Below, piece after piece: positions 10,002 to 21,723 of a DNA stretch of 64,000 bases; positions within the stretch are counted from its first letter, which is position 1, and each line of letters starts with the position of its first letter. The notes under the pieces were generated by a model. The model did not search any database, had not been told where the DNA came from, and worked only from the letters and a program-made list of their open reading frames with translations. Made by a program: the position numbers and the translations under genes. The stretch spans positions 448,001 through 512,000 of the forward strand of contig CAWDRG010000009.1 in NCBI GenBank assembly GCA_963804645.1. Direction: 5' to 3'. This stretch comes from an uncultured Bacillota bacterium (GTDB lineage: Bacteria > Sysuimicrobiota > Sysuimicrobiia > Sysuimicrobiales > Segetimicrobiaceae).

Positions 10002-11312
10002 TCAGCGCGCCGCCTCCTGGGACGCCGGCTCGGCGCGCCCGGGGTGGCGGTACCGGAATCGGTCCATCTTGATCAGCTGACGGTAGCTGCCGAACCGGGC
10101 CGCATCGTCCGCGGCAAGGTCGAGGGCGTCCGGCGCCTCGTCGTCCGACGCCCCGAACAGCCGCCGGATCTTGTACGTCGTGGACCGCTCGGCCGGCACG
10201 CGCCCGACGCCGCGGATCAGGCGCCGCAATTCGCGCGGCGGCACCAGCTGCCCGTACGCGGCGCCGGCCGACGTCGAGATGCTCTCATTGATCAGGGTGC
10301 CCCCGAGGTCGTTCGCGCCCGCGCCGAGCAGCAGCTGCGCGACGCGCGGCCCCTCCTTGACCCAGGACACCTGGAGGTTCGGGATCGCGCGGCCGAGCAC
10401 GATCCTCGAGACGGCATGGACGCGCACCACCTCGATGCCGGTCGGGCCCGGCCGGAGGCCGGCGACGGTCCCCCGCTTCCACATCGGCGCCTCGGTATGC
10501 ACAAAGCTGAGCGGCACGAACTCGGTGAAGCCGCCGGAGCTCCGCTGCAGGTCGCGCAGCAGGACGAGATGCCGTGCCTGGTGCCCGGGCGTCTCGGCGT
10601 GGCCGAACATCATCGTCGCGGTCGTCGGGATCCCGAGCTCGTGGGCGGTCCGGATCACCTCGATCCACTGCGCCGTCCGGATGCGGCCCGGGGCGATGCG
10701 GCGCCTGAGCTCGTCGTCCAAGATTTCGGCCGCGGTGCCCGGCAGGCTGCCGACGCCCGCATCGCGCAGCGCGACCAGGTAGTCGCGGATCGTCCACCCG
10801 GACCGGACCGAGCCGTACAGCACCTCCTCGGGGGAGAACCCGTGGATGTGGATGTCCGGGAGGAGCTCCTTGATCCGCCGCGTCAGCCGGATGTAGAGGT
10901 CGCCCTCCATCTTGGGGGCCAGCCCGGCCTGGACGCACACCTCGGTCGCGCCGAGGTCCCACGCCTCCTGCGCGCGCCGCAGCACCTCCTCCTCGGGGAG
11001 AAAATAGCCCTCCTCCTCGCGGAAGTCGCGGCTGAACGCGCAGAAGCCGCACCCTTTGATGCAGACGTTCGTGAAGTTGATGTTGCGGTTGACGACGTAG
11101 GTGACGGTGTCCCCCACCGTGTGCCGGCGCAGATGGTCGGCCGCCGCGAGCGTCGCGTTGAAGTCGGCGCCCGTGACGCCGAGCAGGCGTTCCGCGTCCT
11201 CCGCACTGACGTCCTCGCCGGACAGCGCCCGGTCGAGGATGCGCGCGACATCGGGAGCCACCTCGGTGAAGAGCCGGGCGAGCGGTGGTGTCGGGTCAGA
11301 CGGCAACGCCAT
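10002..11312 (-). CDS. cofH: FO synthase subunit CofH (radical SAM)
   Basis: TYVVNRNINFTNVCIKGCGFCAFS, SLPGTAAEIL, FTEFVPL, NLQVSWVK, GANDLGGTLINESIS; adjacent to cofG. Confidence 0.92.
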   Translation of the reverse strand: MALPSDPTPPLARLFTEVAPDVARILDRALSGEDVSAEDAERLLGVTGADFNATLAAADHLRRHTVGDTVTYVVNRNINFTNVCIKGCGFCAFSRDFREEEGYFLPEEEVLRRAQEAWDLGATEVCVQAGLAPKMEGDLYIRLTRRIKELLPDIHIHGFSPEEVLYGSVRSGWTIRDYLVALRDAGVGSLPGTAAEILDDELRRRIAPGRIRTAQWIEVIRTAHELGIPTTATMMFGHAETPGHQARHLVLLRDLQRSSGGFTEFVPLSFVHTEAPMWKRGTVAGLRPGPTGIEVVRVHAVSRIVLGRAIPNLQVSWVKEGPRVAQLLLGAGANDLGGTLINESISTSAGAAYGQLVPPRELRRLIRGVGRVPAERSTTYKIRRLFGASDDEAPDALDLAADDAARFGSYRQLIKMDRFRYRHPGRAEPASQEAAR

Positions 11313-12543
11313 GGCGGGAGCCTCCTCTCGCAAATCCGTCCTCGCCGGCCGCCGCGCGCAGGCGGTCGCGCAGGGCGTCGGGCACGAATGCCGGACGGTG
11401 GAGCACATACTCAGGGTAGACCGGAAGCCGCGGCCTGAGGCGGAGCCCGGCGGCCTCGGTGCGCGCCGCGAGCGCCGCGATCTCCGGCCACGGAGCCTCG
11501 GGATTCACGAAGTCGATCGTGAGCGGCGACACCCCGCCCCAGTCGTTGATGCCCGCGTCCAGGTACCGGTGGTACTCGTCGGCCGTCAGGTTGGGCGGGA
11601 CCTGGATGTTCATGTCGGGGCCGAGCAGGAGCCGCGCCGCGGCGGCGGTGCGGACGACCTCCTCCACGTCGGGCTCCGGCGCGCCCGCCATCGCGGTGCG
11701 CGGCTTGGCGCGGAAGTTTTGCACGATCACTTCCTGCACCTGTCCCCAGCGCGCGTGCGACTCGCGGATCGCGATCAGCGTGTCCGCCCGCTCCTCGCGG
11801 GTCTCGCCGATCCCGAGCAGCAGGCCGGTGGTGAACGCGACGCGCAGCCGGCCGGCGTTCTCGAGGGTGTGCAGGCGGGCCCGCGGGTGCTTGCTCGGGG
11901 CGTGCTCGTGCGGCCCGCCGGGCGCCATGAGGCGCTCGCTCGTATTCTCGAGCATCAGGCCCATCGACGCGCTGACGTCGCGGAGCGACGCCATCTCCGG
12001 CTCCGACAGGGTGCCGGGGTTGATGTGCGGCCACAGCGTCGTCTCGGCGAGGACGAGCGAGGCCATCTCCCGCAGGTAGGCCAGCGTGCTGCGGTACCCC
12101 CGCCGCTCGAGCCACGCGCGCGCCTCCGGGAACCGCTGCTCCGGCCGCTCGCCGAGCGTGAACAGCGCTTCGGTGCACCCCAGGCGCTGACCGCCGCGCG
12201 CGACCTCGAGGACCTGCTCGGGCGTCATGTACAGGTTCGGGTCGGACGCGGGGGTCGTGCGGAACGTGCAGTAGCCGCAGGCGTCCCGGCACAACCGCGT
12301 CAGGGGGATGAATACCTTGGGCGAGAAGCTGATGGTCGTGCCCTTCCCGCGCGCCCTGATCTGACGCGCGGCCGCGCAGACGGCGGGCAGATCGCCGGGC
12401 GCGCACGCGATCACGCGCGCGACGTCGTCGCGGTCGAGGTCGCCGCCACCGTGCGCGCGTTCGAGAATCGCCGAGATCTCCGGCGAAGGCGCGCCAGGGG
12501 ATGGGTCGCCGATGGGTCGAGACGGATTCGCCGCGCGGGACAT
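11296..12543 (-). CDS. cofG: FO synthase subunit CofG (radical SAM)
   Basis: FSPKVFIPLTRLCRDACGYCTF, HINPG, SMGLMLE, QEVIVQNF, IQVPPNL, GINDWGGVSP. Confidence 0.93.
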   Translation of the reverse strand: MSRAANPSRPIGDPSPGAPSPEISAILERAHGGGDLDRDDVARVIACAPGDLPAVCAAARQIRARGKGTTISFSPKVFIPLTRLCRDACGYCTFRTTPASDPNLYMTPEQVLEVARGGQRLGCTEALFTLGERPEQRFPEARAWLERRGYRSTLAYLREMASLVLAETTLWPHINPGTLSEPEMASLRDVSASMGLMLENTSERLMAPGGPHEHAPSKHPRARLHTLENAGRLRVAFTTGLLLGIGETREERADTLIAIRESHARWGQVQEVIVQNFRAKPRTAMAGAPEPDVEEVVRTAAAARLLLGPDMNIQVPPNLTADEYHRYLDAGINDWGGVSPLTIDFVNPEAPWPEIAALAARTEAAGLRLRPRLPVYPEYVLHRPAFVPDALRDRLRAAAGEDGFARGGSRHGVAV

Positions 12544-12711
12544 GCGGAGTGGTTCGCGGTCGGGCGGGGCGCTCCCTATCGCGTCCGACGTCGGTGCGCC
12601 AGACGCCTCGCGGGGCGGGCGGCGCCAGGGAAGTGGCAGCCGCCGTCGAAACCACCGTGAGACACGGCGGTGCGCGTGATGCTGCGGCTCGTCCCCCTCG
12701 GGAGCGTACGC

Positions 12712-13590
12712 ATGGTGCTGAACCCAGCCTTTGAATTGGATCACGTGATCGTGTTCGTCGATGATCTGCCCGGTACCGAGCAGGCAGTGACCGACCGCCT
12801 CGGACTCCAGATCACCTCGCACGCGGACCATCCGGGGTTCGGGACGCGAAACGCAGCGGTCGCGTTTCAGCAGGGATTTTTCGAGCTTCTCACCGAGCAC
12901 GTTCCGGCGGATCTGCGATCCAGCCGGTACGGACGTTTGTTTCTCGAGCGCCACGAGCGCCGGGGCAACAGCCCCGCCGTGTTCGTGTTCCAGACGCAGT
13001 GGTTTGACGACGTGATCGCCGACATCCGAGCGCGGGGCGGGCACTGCGACTTCCAAATCGGATACAGCCGCGGCGTGGACGGGATCGCGCACGAGTGGAA
13101 GGCCGCGCTGATGCCCGGGACCGAGCCGGTGTATCTCGACCCTCGCCTGCCGGTGCTGGGACGGGCCGGACCCGGCCGCCCAAGACGCCCGGGGTGCACC
13201 CGCTCGGCGTGCGGCGCATCGAGTCGATCGTGATTGCCGCGCACGATCTCGACGCCACGGTCGGAGCTCTATCGTGTGCAGCTCGGCCTGACTCCCACGG
13301 CGGTCGGGGCGCGCGCGGGCGTCCGGACGGCACGGTTCCGGCTGGAACGGACCGGACAGCACGTGATCGTGGCCGCCCCCGAGACCGCGGAGGGGGACGT
13401 CGCCGCCCAGCTCGCCCGGCGCGGTGAGGGCATTTTTGCCGTCGGGCTGAGCGTGGACGACCTCGAGACCGCCCGCCGGGATTTGGAGCGGCGCGGCGCC
13501 GGCCCGCGGGACGTGGCGTGGCTGCAGGGGCTGCCGATGACGGGTCCGGACGTGGCGGCCAACATGCGATTGGTCCTGTCGCAAGCGTGA
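12712..13590 (+). pseudogene. Two-domain VOC/glyoxalase-like protein with 2 frameshifts (decay or assembly error)
   Basis: LDHVIVFVDDL...HPGFGTRNA...FELL, continuing in other frames as HPLGVRRIESIVIAAHDLDAT and RGEGIFAVGLSVDDL. Confidence 0.7.
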
Positions 13591-13639
13591 GGCGGCCGGC
13601 GGCTCCCCCGTCTGGTGCGCTGAGGGCGCGCGCGCGGGC

Positions 13640-14556
13640 ATGACGCAGTTTCTCGTCCGCCGGAGCGGGCAAGGGCTCCGTGGTGCTGCTGCTGGCGCTG
13701 ACGGCGGTGTTTTTTCTTGTGCGCCTCAGCGGCGACCCGACGCTGCTCTACGTGCCCGAAGACTCTACGCAGCAGGAGATCGCCCAGCTGCGCCACGCGT
13801 TTGGATTCGATCAGCCGCCCTGGCAGCAGTACGCGCGGTTCGTGGCGGGCGCCGTCCGGGGGAACTTCGGAAACTCGATCCGGTATGACCGGCCGGCGCT
13901 GTCGATGGTGTTCGAGCGGCTGCCTCAGACCGCCGAGCTCGCGGCAGTGACGCTCGCGATCATCATCGTCGCGGCGATGCCGCTCGGCGTGCTGGCGGCG
14001 GTGCGGCGCAATTCGTGGTGGGACACCGGCTCGATGCTGGTGGCGATGGTGGGCCAGTCGATGCCGAGCTACTGGCTCGGGATCATGCTGATTCTGCTCT
14101 TTGCCGTGCGGCTCGGATGGCTGCCCGCGGCGGGACGGACCGGACCTGTCGAGCGTCATCCTGCCGGCGGTGACGCTGTCCACGTACTCGGCCGCCCGGC
14201 TGGCGCGCGTGGTGCGCTCGGAGATGCTCGATGTGCTGGGGAGTGAGTTCGTCCGGACCGCTCAGGCTAAGGGGCTGTCGACGGATGGCCGTCCTAGGGA
14301 AGATGCGATGCGCAACGCCTCATTCCGGTCGTCACCCTGCTCGGCCTGGAGACCGGATTTCTGCTGGGCGGCGCCATCATCGTGGAGACAGTGTTCGCGT
14401 GGCCCGGCATCGGCAACCTCGTCATTCAAGCGGTGAACAATCGGGACTACCGGTCGTGCAGGCCGACGCGTTTCTGATGGCGGGCATCTTTGTGCTCGCG
14501 AACCTCGCCATCGATCTCCTGTACGGCGTGCTGGATCCCGAGTGCGATACGAGTGA
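13640..14556 (+). pseudogene. Peptide/nickel ABC permease (DppB-like), multiply frameshifted
   Basis: GFDQPPWQQY, GNFGNS, ERLPQTAEL, ARLARVVRSEMLDVL..FVRTAQAKG, ETVFAWPGIG, DLLYGVLDP spread over several frames. Confidence 0.8.
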
Positions 14557-15422
14557 TCGCGGGCGGCGTCCGCGAGCTGCGCTGCGTCGGACGTCCCGGT
14601 GTGGTCGTCGCGTGGGTGATCCTCGCGGTCATCGTCGTGGTCGCCGTCATGCCCGGCGCGGTAGCCCCGCACGATCCGTACGACAGAACCTCGCGCGCAG
14701 GCTCAGTCCGCCCGTCTGGCTGCCGGGCGGTCAGTGGGATCATCTCTTGGGGACGGATGCGGTGGGCGGGATGTGCTCAGCCGCATCATCTTCGGCGCGC
14801 GCGTGTCGCTCGTCATCGGTGTGCTGGCGGTTGTGGTGTCCGGCGCGCTTGGCGTGGCGCGGGCGTCGTCGCCGGATATTTTCGTGGACCGACTGACGAC
14901 GTGATCATGCGCATCGCCGACGTGCAGCTGTCGTTTCCGTTTATTCTCGCGGCGGTGGCGATCGTGTCGGTGCTCGGCGCGAGCCTGCAGAACATCATCC
15001 TCGTGCTTGGCGTGACGGGCTGGACGACGTACGCGCGGGTCGTGCGGAGCATGACGCTGACGCTGCGGCAGCGCGAGTTTATCGAGGCGGCCCGCGCCGT
15101 CGGGTGCTCGCATCTCCGGATCATGGCGCGCTACGTGGTGCCGAATCTGTTGGGCACCACGATCGTCCTCGCGACATTTGCCCTGGCCACGTTTATCATC
15201 GCTGAATCGGCCCTGAGCTACCTCGGACTCGGCGTGCAGCCGCCGACTCCCACGTGGGGCGGCATGCTGGCAGAAGGCTATCTCTACCTGCGGACCGCGT
15301 GGTGGATCACGACGTTTCCCGGGGCCGTGCTCATGGTCACGGTCCTCGCGATCAACGTCATCGGCGATTGGGCTCGAGATGTGCTGGACCCGCGTCTTCG
15401 CAATGTGATCTATGTGATCTAA
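14553..15422 (+). pseudogene. Peptide ABC permease (DppC-like), frameshifted in the 5' half
   Basis: HLLGTDAVG, MRIADVQLSFPF, EFIEAARAVG, ESALSYLGLGVQPPTPTWGGML, GDWARDVLDPR. Confidence 0.82.
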
Positions 15423-15464
15423 TGGAGCACAGTGGCAGGCGCACAACTGATCGGGGGTGGTGGA

Positions 15465-17035
15465 ATGAACAGGCGCAGACGTTCTGGATGGCGCTGTCGT
15501 GCTCGTGATGGTGCTGGGGATTGTGATCGGCTCGATGAGTGCTCGGCGTCAGGCCGGGCACGGCGCAGACGGGCGCCACGGTGACGATCGCGCTGCCGGC
15601 CGACGCGACGACGATGGATCCGCAGAAGAACGCGGTGGCGTTTACCGACGACGTCCTGGTGAACGTGTTCGAGCCGCTGATTCGGCAGAGATCCGTACCA
15701 GACGGATCCGGCGAAAGCGCTGCAGCCGTGGCTGGCGCTCTCGTGGCGCGAGTACGGCCCCGACAAGTGGCAGGTCAAGCTGCGGCCGGGCGTCAAGTTT
15801 CAGGACGGAGAAGAGCTGACCGCCGCGGTCGTGAAGTTCAGCTTCGAGCGCGTGATCAACCCGGCGACGAAGTCGCCCGGCTGCGAGCCTGTTCGGCACG
15901 CTGAGCCACGTCGACATCGTCGATAAGTACACGTGAACTTCGTGACGAAGGCGCCTGACCCGATCTGGCCCGTCGCGATTGGCCGGCGATTTGAACTTCG
16001 TCGTCCCGATGACGTACATCCAGCAGAAGGGCGACGCGTACTTCGCGCAGCACCCGATCGGCACAGGTCCCTACCGGTTCGTCTCGTGGCAGCAGGGCGA
16101 GCAGGTGGTGCTTGAGGCCAACCCGGACTACTGGGGCGGCGCGCCCAAGCAGATCCGCCGGCTCGTGTTCAAGCCGATTCCGGATGCCGCGACCCGGGTC
16201 GCCGCGCTCGAATCCGGCGCTGCCGACATCATCAACGGCGTGCCGGTCGCGCTGCTGACGACGGTGCAGCAGGACCCGCGGGTGTATCTCACGTCGTCCC
16301 CGGGATCACGACGGGCTCTACTACATCGGCGCAGACATGCGCTTCGGCGGTCCGCTCGCTAACAAGCAGGTCCGGCAGGCGATGAACTACGCGGTGAACG
16401 TCGACAGCATCATCAAGAACGTGATGGAGGGCCAAGCCATTCGTGTGCCGACCCTCGTCGGGTCCGTACACGTGGGGGTACGCGCCGCTCACGCCTTATC
16501 CGTACGACCCGGACAAGGCGAAGCAGCTGCTCGACGCAGGCCGGCTACCCGAACGGATTTGACGTGCCGTTCAACACGAGCCCGACGCGGTGGTCCGAGG
16601 GGCCGGAGATCGTGCAGGCGATCGCCTCCGACCTCGGAAAGGTCGGGAATTCGCGCGAAGCTGCAGAACCAGGAGTGGGCGACCACGTCGACATGCTGTG
16701 GAGCGCTAAGCCGCACGACCTCTACATTCGCACCTGGTCGACGGCCGACAAGCTCGATGCCGATACGCCGCTGTTTCTCATCCTGCGCTCAGGCGTCGCG
16801 AGCTCGACCTACGTCAATCCGGCGGTCGACAAACTGCTTGACGCCGAGCGCGACGAACTGCGTCCGCGGCACGGCAGGCCCTGTTCACCCAGATTCAGCA
16901 GGCGGTCCTGGACGATCCGATGGGCATCTACCTGTTTGCCGGCAACGCGAACTACGGGGTGAGCAAGCGGCTCCAATGGAAGGCGCCGCACGACTACCGG
17001 ATGTGGCTCACGGACCTCAAGCTGACGAACCGTGA
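15465..17035 (+). pseudogene. Family 5 (peptide) ABC substrate-binding protein, many frameshifts
   Basis: TMDPQ, KLRPGVKFQDGEELTA, PIGTGPYRFVSW, LEANPDYWGG, VRQAMNYAVN fragments in alternating frames. Confidence 0.78.
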
Positions 17036-19470
17036 CCGCGGCGCGCGGCGGGACGGCGATCCCGCCGTCCGGAGCGCCGATGCGCGTCGCGGTAGAGGCC
17101 ACCCAGGCGCCGGTCCCCGCTCTCTTGGTCGACGAGTCGCTCGACGCGCGCCTGCGGCGGCTGGCGCATCGCCGCGCGTGCGCCTCGAGCGCATCGGCTC
17201 GTCGAACGAGGGACGGCCGATCTGGAGCATCGTGATCGGCGCGCCGGACACGCTCGACCGGCGTCCGTATCACGAGGACCTGAACCGTCGCTCGAGCGGG
17301 CCGCGCTTTCACTTTCGAACGCTTGACGACGTCGCCGTGGAGCACGAAGACCGCGGCGGCTGTCCTCGCGAGGGCAAGATATGCGCGATGCTCGTCGGGG
17401 CGTCTTCGGCTTCGAGGCCGCGCACGTCGAAGCCCACGTCGCTCTCGCCGAGCAGCTGGCCGCGTCGATAGATCCGCAGATCGCGCGGATCCTCGACCGG
17501 CTGCTCGTGGTCATCGTGCCGCTCATGAACCCCGACGGGCGTGCCGCGGCGATTCGCCAGTGGCAAGAGGCACCGCTCTGCGCCGGACATCAGGGCAGCG
17601 GCAACGCGTACGGGATCCTTCTGAACCGCGACTTTTTCAATCTCTCACAGCCGGAGACCCGCGCGGTGCGGGCGGCGATCACGCGGTACCATCCGGTCGC
17701 CGCTACGATCCGCACGAAGACATGTACCATCTGAGCGATACGCTCCCGCAGGTGCTGCTGGACGCCGCCGTTTGCGAAGCCGTATCATCCCGATCTAGCA
17801 TCCCCGCACGCTGGAGGGCATCGGGTCGCTCGGCGGGCGCGATCGCCGCCGAGTGGGGCCGCCGCGGGTTTGATTTCCTGTATCACCCGGCGGGAGAGCA
17901 CGAATTCCTCACGCTGTTTCGGCTCGGGGGGCAGATTTCATCTGCACCTGTGCCTCCAGGGCGTCACCGCGCTGATCACGGAGAGCGCCCGCAGGCCGGG
18001 CTCGCAGCCGTGGCAGGATCGCGTCGATCAAAAGGTCACCGCCGGGCTCGCCTTCCTCGACGAGCTCGCGTCCCATGTCGAGACGTACGTCGACGCGCGG
18101 TACGTGGTGCGCAGCGATGTCGGGGCGGCCGGACGCGTTCATCCTTCCCTGCCGGCGCAACGCCCCGGGCGTGATCGACGCCGTCATCGGGCCGCTGCTG
18201 CAGCACGGCGTGCTTGTCTTCACCGCGCGGACGCCCGAGCCGGCGTACGTGATTCCCACGCATCAGCCTGACGGCCGCCTGGTCCGCGCGCTGCTCGCGA
18301 TCGCCCCTGGAACCACATCGCCTTTCCGCCGCTCGCGGGGGCCGCGTGCCTGCGTCTCGGGGCCCTGCCGGAGCGCGACGGCGCCGCGTGGATGCACGCG
18401 CCGCTCGACCCGGTCAGCCGAGCCTGCCGAACCCCGCGTACCGCCGGAGGCCGGCGGGCCGGCGCCCCACCGCGGTCGTGCTGCGCAACGACGTCGAAGG
18501 CATCGCCGCGGTGAACCGCCTGATCGACCACGGCGTCGAAGTGCTCCGCGGACCGTCTGGGGCGTTCGCGGTGCTCGAGGGACCCCGCGCCGAGTTGGAG
18601 GCGCTCGCCGCGAGCGCCTCGTGCGCAGACACCCTGACGAGCGCGCCCGAGTTCCAGCGGCGCGTGCGGCGGCCTCGCATCGCCGTCTACGGCGGCCAGG
18701 GGGTGGATCAGCGCCATCACGTGCTCGAAGGCAGCGTGCGGTACGCGCTGGACCGGATGGGGTTTCCGTACATCTCCATCGCGGCCGGCGATGTGCGGGA
18801 TGGGATCCTCAACGGCGTTCAACTCCTGATCGTTCCGGGCGGGTGGGCGCGCGAGATCGTCGACGGTTGGGAGGATCCTCCGCTGCCGTGGCAGCCTCCC
18901 GGACCGCGCGACGGCCTCGGCCCGGGCGGCGTGAGCGAGATCCGGAAGTTCGTCGACGGCGGCGGGCGCTATCTCGGCATCGGCTCCGGCGGGGGCCTTC
19001 TCGCGTCGCACGCATACGCGGGACTGGTCGACGCCGACGTGGTCGACGAGCTGCTCGGCGAGGCCCGGACGATGATCCAAACGGTCGGGAGCCACCCCCT
19101 GGTCGACGGTTTGCCGCCGTACGTCGACGAAGCGGGACGCAGTGTGCCCGGATGGCTGGCCGTCCCCTACTTTTCCGAAGTCTTCTCCGCCGTGCACGGC
19201 GGACCGATCTTCAAGGCCGGACCCGCCGCCCGCGTGCTCGCGGAGTACGTGGGTGTCGACGATCCGGCGGCCGTGCGGGACCCTGAGCGGTTTGAGGCCG
19301 CGGCGCACACGCCGGCGATCCTGTACCAGCCGGTTGGACGCGGGTGGGCCGCCATCATCGCCTTCGAGCCCGGTCTGCGGGGCGTTGGCGCAGCACATGC
19401 CGCTGCTTGCGAACGCCGCGTTCCAGGCTGGCAACCATCGATCCAACGTCGAGGGGCGCCTCTCACGCGG
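17032..19470 (+). pseudogene. M14 zinc carboxypeptidase with C-terminal GATase-like (BPL-N type) domain, many frameshifts; end approximate
   Basis: IGSSNEGRPI, VPLMNPDGR, NAYGILLNRDF, SQPETRA, DPHED; then RIAVYGGQG...LLIVPGG...IRKFVDGGGRYLGIGSG. Confidence 0.7.
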
Positions 19471-19479
19471 GAGGGACGC

Positions 19480-19935
19480 GTCGGTCTCGGTGCGCTCTGC
19501 GCCTATCCGACGGTGGGCGCTCTCACCGAGCGCTTCGGCTCACGCGCCGTCTCGGCGACCGGCGCGTCGGTGGCGCTCCTCGGCACTCTGCCGTTCGCGC
19601 TGTTCGGAGCGCACGGCCTCTCCATTGCCATGGTGTGCGTCTTTCTCTTTGTGCGCGGCGTCGGCATGAGCTCAATCGGGATCCCGTCCGTGACCGCGGC
19701 GTACTCTGGTCTCCCAAATCAACGATCCCCATCGCCACGACGTCCATCAACATCGCGCAGCGCTTCGGTGGGCCCGTCGTCACGATGCTGCTGGCGATCT
19801 TCCCCAGTACCGCATGAAGGCTCATGTGGCCGACACACCGCGGGCGTTCGTTGCCACATTCTGGGTGCTGTGTGCGGTTCACATCGGCGGGATCGTCGCG
19901 GGACTCCGGCTGCCCGGACCACGAGCGGACCTTGA
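19480..19935 (+). pseudogene. C-terminal fragment of a DHA2-type MFS efflux transporter
   Basis: GALTERFGSR, LFVRGVGMS, ATTSINIAQRFGG; no N-terminal half; frameshifted. Confidence 0.65.
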
Positions 19936-20092
19936 GCCCGCGCCATCGCCGGGACCCGTCCACGCACTGGAGGACTAGGGCCGGTGCGCGTGTCGCGGAT
20001 CATCGACTGCTTGGGACGCGGCGTGAGGGTTTTGCGCGCCGCGCGACGAATCGCAGCAGGACATTCGGTGTTCCGGCAGCGATGAGGAGGGT

Positions 20093-21688
20093 GTGATGGC
20101 CTCACGGGCGGCGGGGTGGAAGACGGCACTGATCGCAGTGTTGGTCGGCTGGCTCGTCGTGGGGTTTGGGTGGATGGGATCCTCCCTCGGATGGGCCGCC
20201 GCGCCGAAGACGTTCATCTGGGGCAAGTCCGGAGACGCGGACACGCTCGACATCGCCGTGAGCTCGAACGGCGAGGCCTTCGAAGTCGGGACCCAGATCT
20301 TCAACGTGCTGGTGCGAGCCAAGCCGGGGCGGACCGACGTCGAGCCGGACCTCGCGACGAGCTGGTCCGTGTCGCCGGACGGGCTGGTCTGGACGTTCAA
20401 GCTCCGCGAGGGGGTGACGTTCCAGGACGGCACGCCGTGGAACGCCGATGCCGCGAAGTTCAACATCGACCGCTGGTCGGAGCCCACGAACCCGTACCAC
20501 GCGGTGCAAGGACGCGACTACGGGTACTGGAACGATTTCATGGGCGCCACGGTCCTCGGGACCAGGGTGGTCGATCCGTACACGCTGCAGATCGTGCTGA
20601 AGCAGCCGAACGCCCCGCTGGTGAACAACCTTACGATCGTCACCTTCGGATTCAACAGCCCCGCGGCGATCAAGCAGTACGGCGTGCAGGGCATCGGCCA
20701 GCATCCGGTCGGCACCGGCCCGTACTCGCTCGTCGAATGGGTCCAAAACGACCACGTCACCCTGCAGGCGAACCCGAGCTATTTCCGGCGGGGACTGCCG
20801 AAGACCGAGCGTCTGATCATGCGGCCGATCACCGACAACGCGGCCCGGCTGCTCGCGCTAAAGTCCGGCGAGATCAACGCGATGGAAGGCCCCAATGTGG
20901 ACGACGTCAAGGCGATCCAGGCGGACCCGAATTACAAGCTGGTGTTCCGGCCGCCGTTCAGCACCGGGTGGGTGCGCTTCAACATGAACGTGGCACCGTT
21001 CACGGACAAGCGGTTGCGCCAGGCCGTCTCGGTGGCGATCAACCGGCAGGCGATCGTCCAGGGACTGTACGGAGACTTCGGCCAGCTCGCAGACCAGCAC
21101 ATGCCGCCGGGGATGTGGGGGCGCGGGCGCGTGCCGGCCATTCCGTATGATCCGGATCTCGCGAAGAAGCTGCTCGCGGAAGCGGGGTTCGCGAACGGCC
21201 TGTCGTTTGACTTCTGGTACCTGCCGTTCAACCGTCCCTACTTCCCGCAGAGCAAGGACATCGCGACCGCGATCGCGAGCGACCTCGGCAAAGTGGGGAT
21301 CCACGCCAATCTGATGACCGAGGACGTCGCGACGTACCTGCGCGACCGCAACACCAACAAGTTCCCGGCGTTCATGATCGGATGGATCGGCGACAATGGT
21401 GACCCCGACGACTGGCTCGGGTACTTCTTCCGGAAGTACGACGCGACCAACGCGTACTTCTCGTACAACAACCCGGCCGCGCTGGATCTGATCGCGAAGG
21501 CCAGCACGCTGACGGATCAGGCGCAGCGCGCGCGCATGTACGCGCAGGCGGAGGAGATCATCATGGCGGACTACCGGGACGTGCCCATCGCCTACGCCAA
21601 GCTTCCGCTGCTGCTGCAGAAGAACGTCGACGGCCTCGTGGGGCAGCCGTCGTCCATGGAATACATGGAGACCGTTGAGGTCAAATAG
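20093..21688 (+). CDS. Family 5 (DppA-like) ABC substrate-binding protein, intact, no adjacent permease
   Basis: Signal peptide; VEPDLATSW, LREGVTFQDGTP, PVGTGPY, RPYFPQ, GWIGDNGDPD. Confidence 0.92.
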   Translation: MMASRAAGWKTALIAVLVGWLVVGFGWMGSSLGWAAAPKTFIWGKSGDADTLDIAVSSNGEAFEVGTQIFNVLVRAKPGRTDVEPDLATSWSVSPDGLVWTFKLREGVTFQDGTPWNADAAKFNIDRWSEPTNPYHAVQGRDYGYWNDFMGATVLGTRVVDPYTLQIVLKQPNAPLVNNLTIVTFGFNSPAAIKQYGVQGIGQHPVGTGPYSLVEWVQNDHVTLQANPSYFRRGLPKTERLIMRPITDNAARLLALKSGEINAMEGPNVDDVKAIQADPNYKLVFRPPFSTGWVRFNMNVAPFTDKRLRQAVSVAINRQAIVQGLYGDFGQLADQHMPPGMWGRGRVPAIPYDPDLAKKLLAEAGFANGLSFDFWYLPFNRPYFPQSKDIATAIASDLGKVGIHANLMTEDVATYLRDRNTNKFPAFMIGWIGDNGDPDDWLGYFFRKYDATNAYFSYNNPAALDLIAKASTLTDQAQRARMYAQAEEIIMADYRDVPIAYAKLPLLLQKNVDGLVGQPSSMEYMETVEVK

Positions 21689-21723
21689 CGTCTGGGTGGT
21701 CTGGTCGTGGGTGACGTGGGAGT

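Noticed and set aside
12712..19470. Programmed frameshifting or phase variation
   Set aside because: Too many indels at unrelated contexts, with no consistent slippery site or long repeat tract
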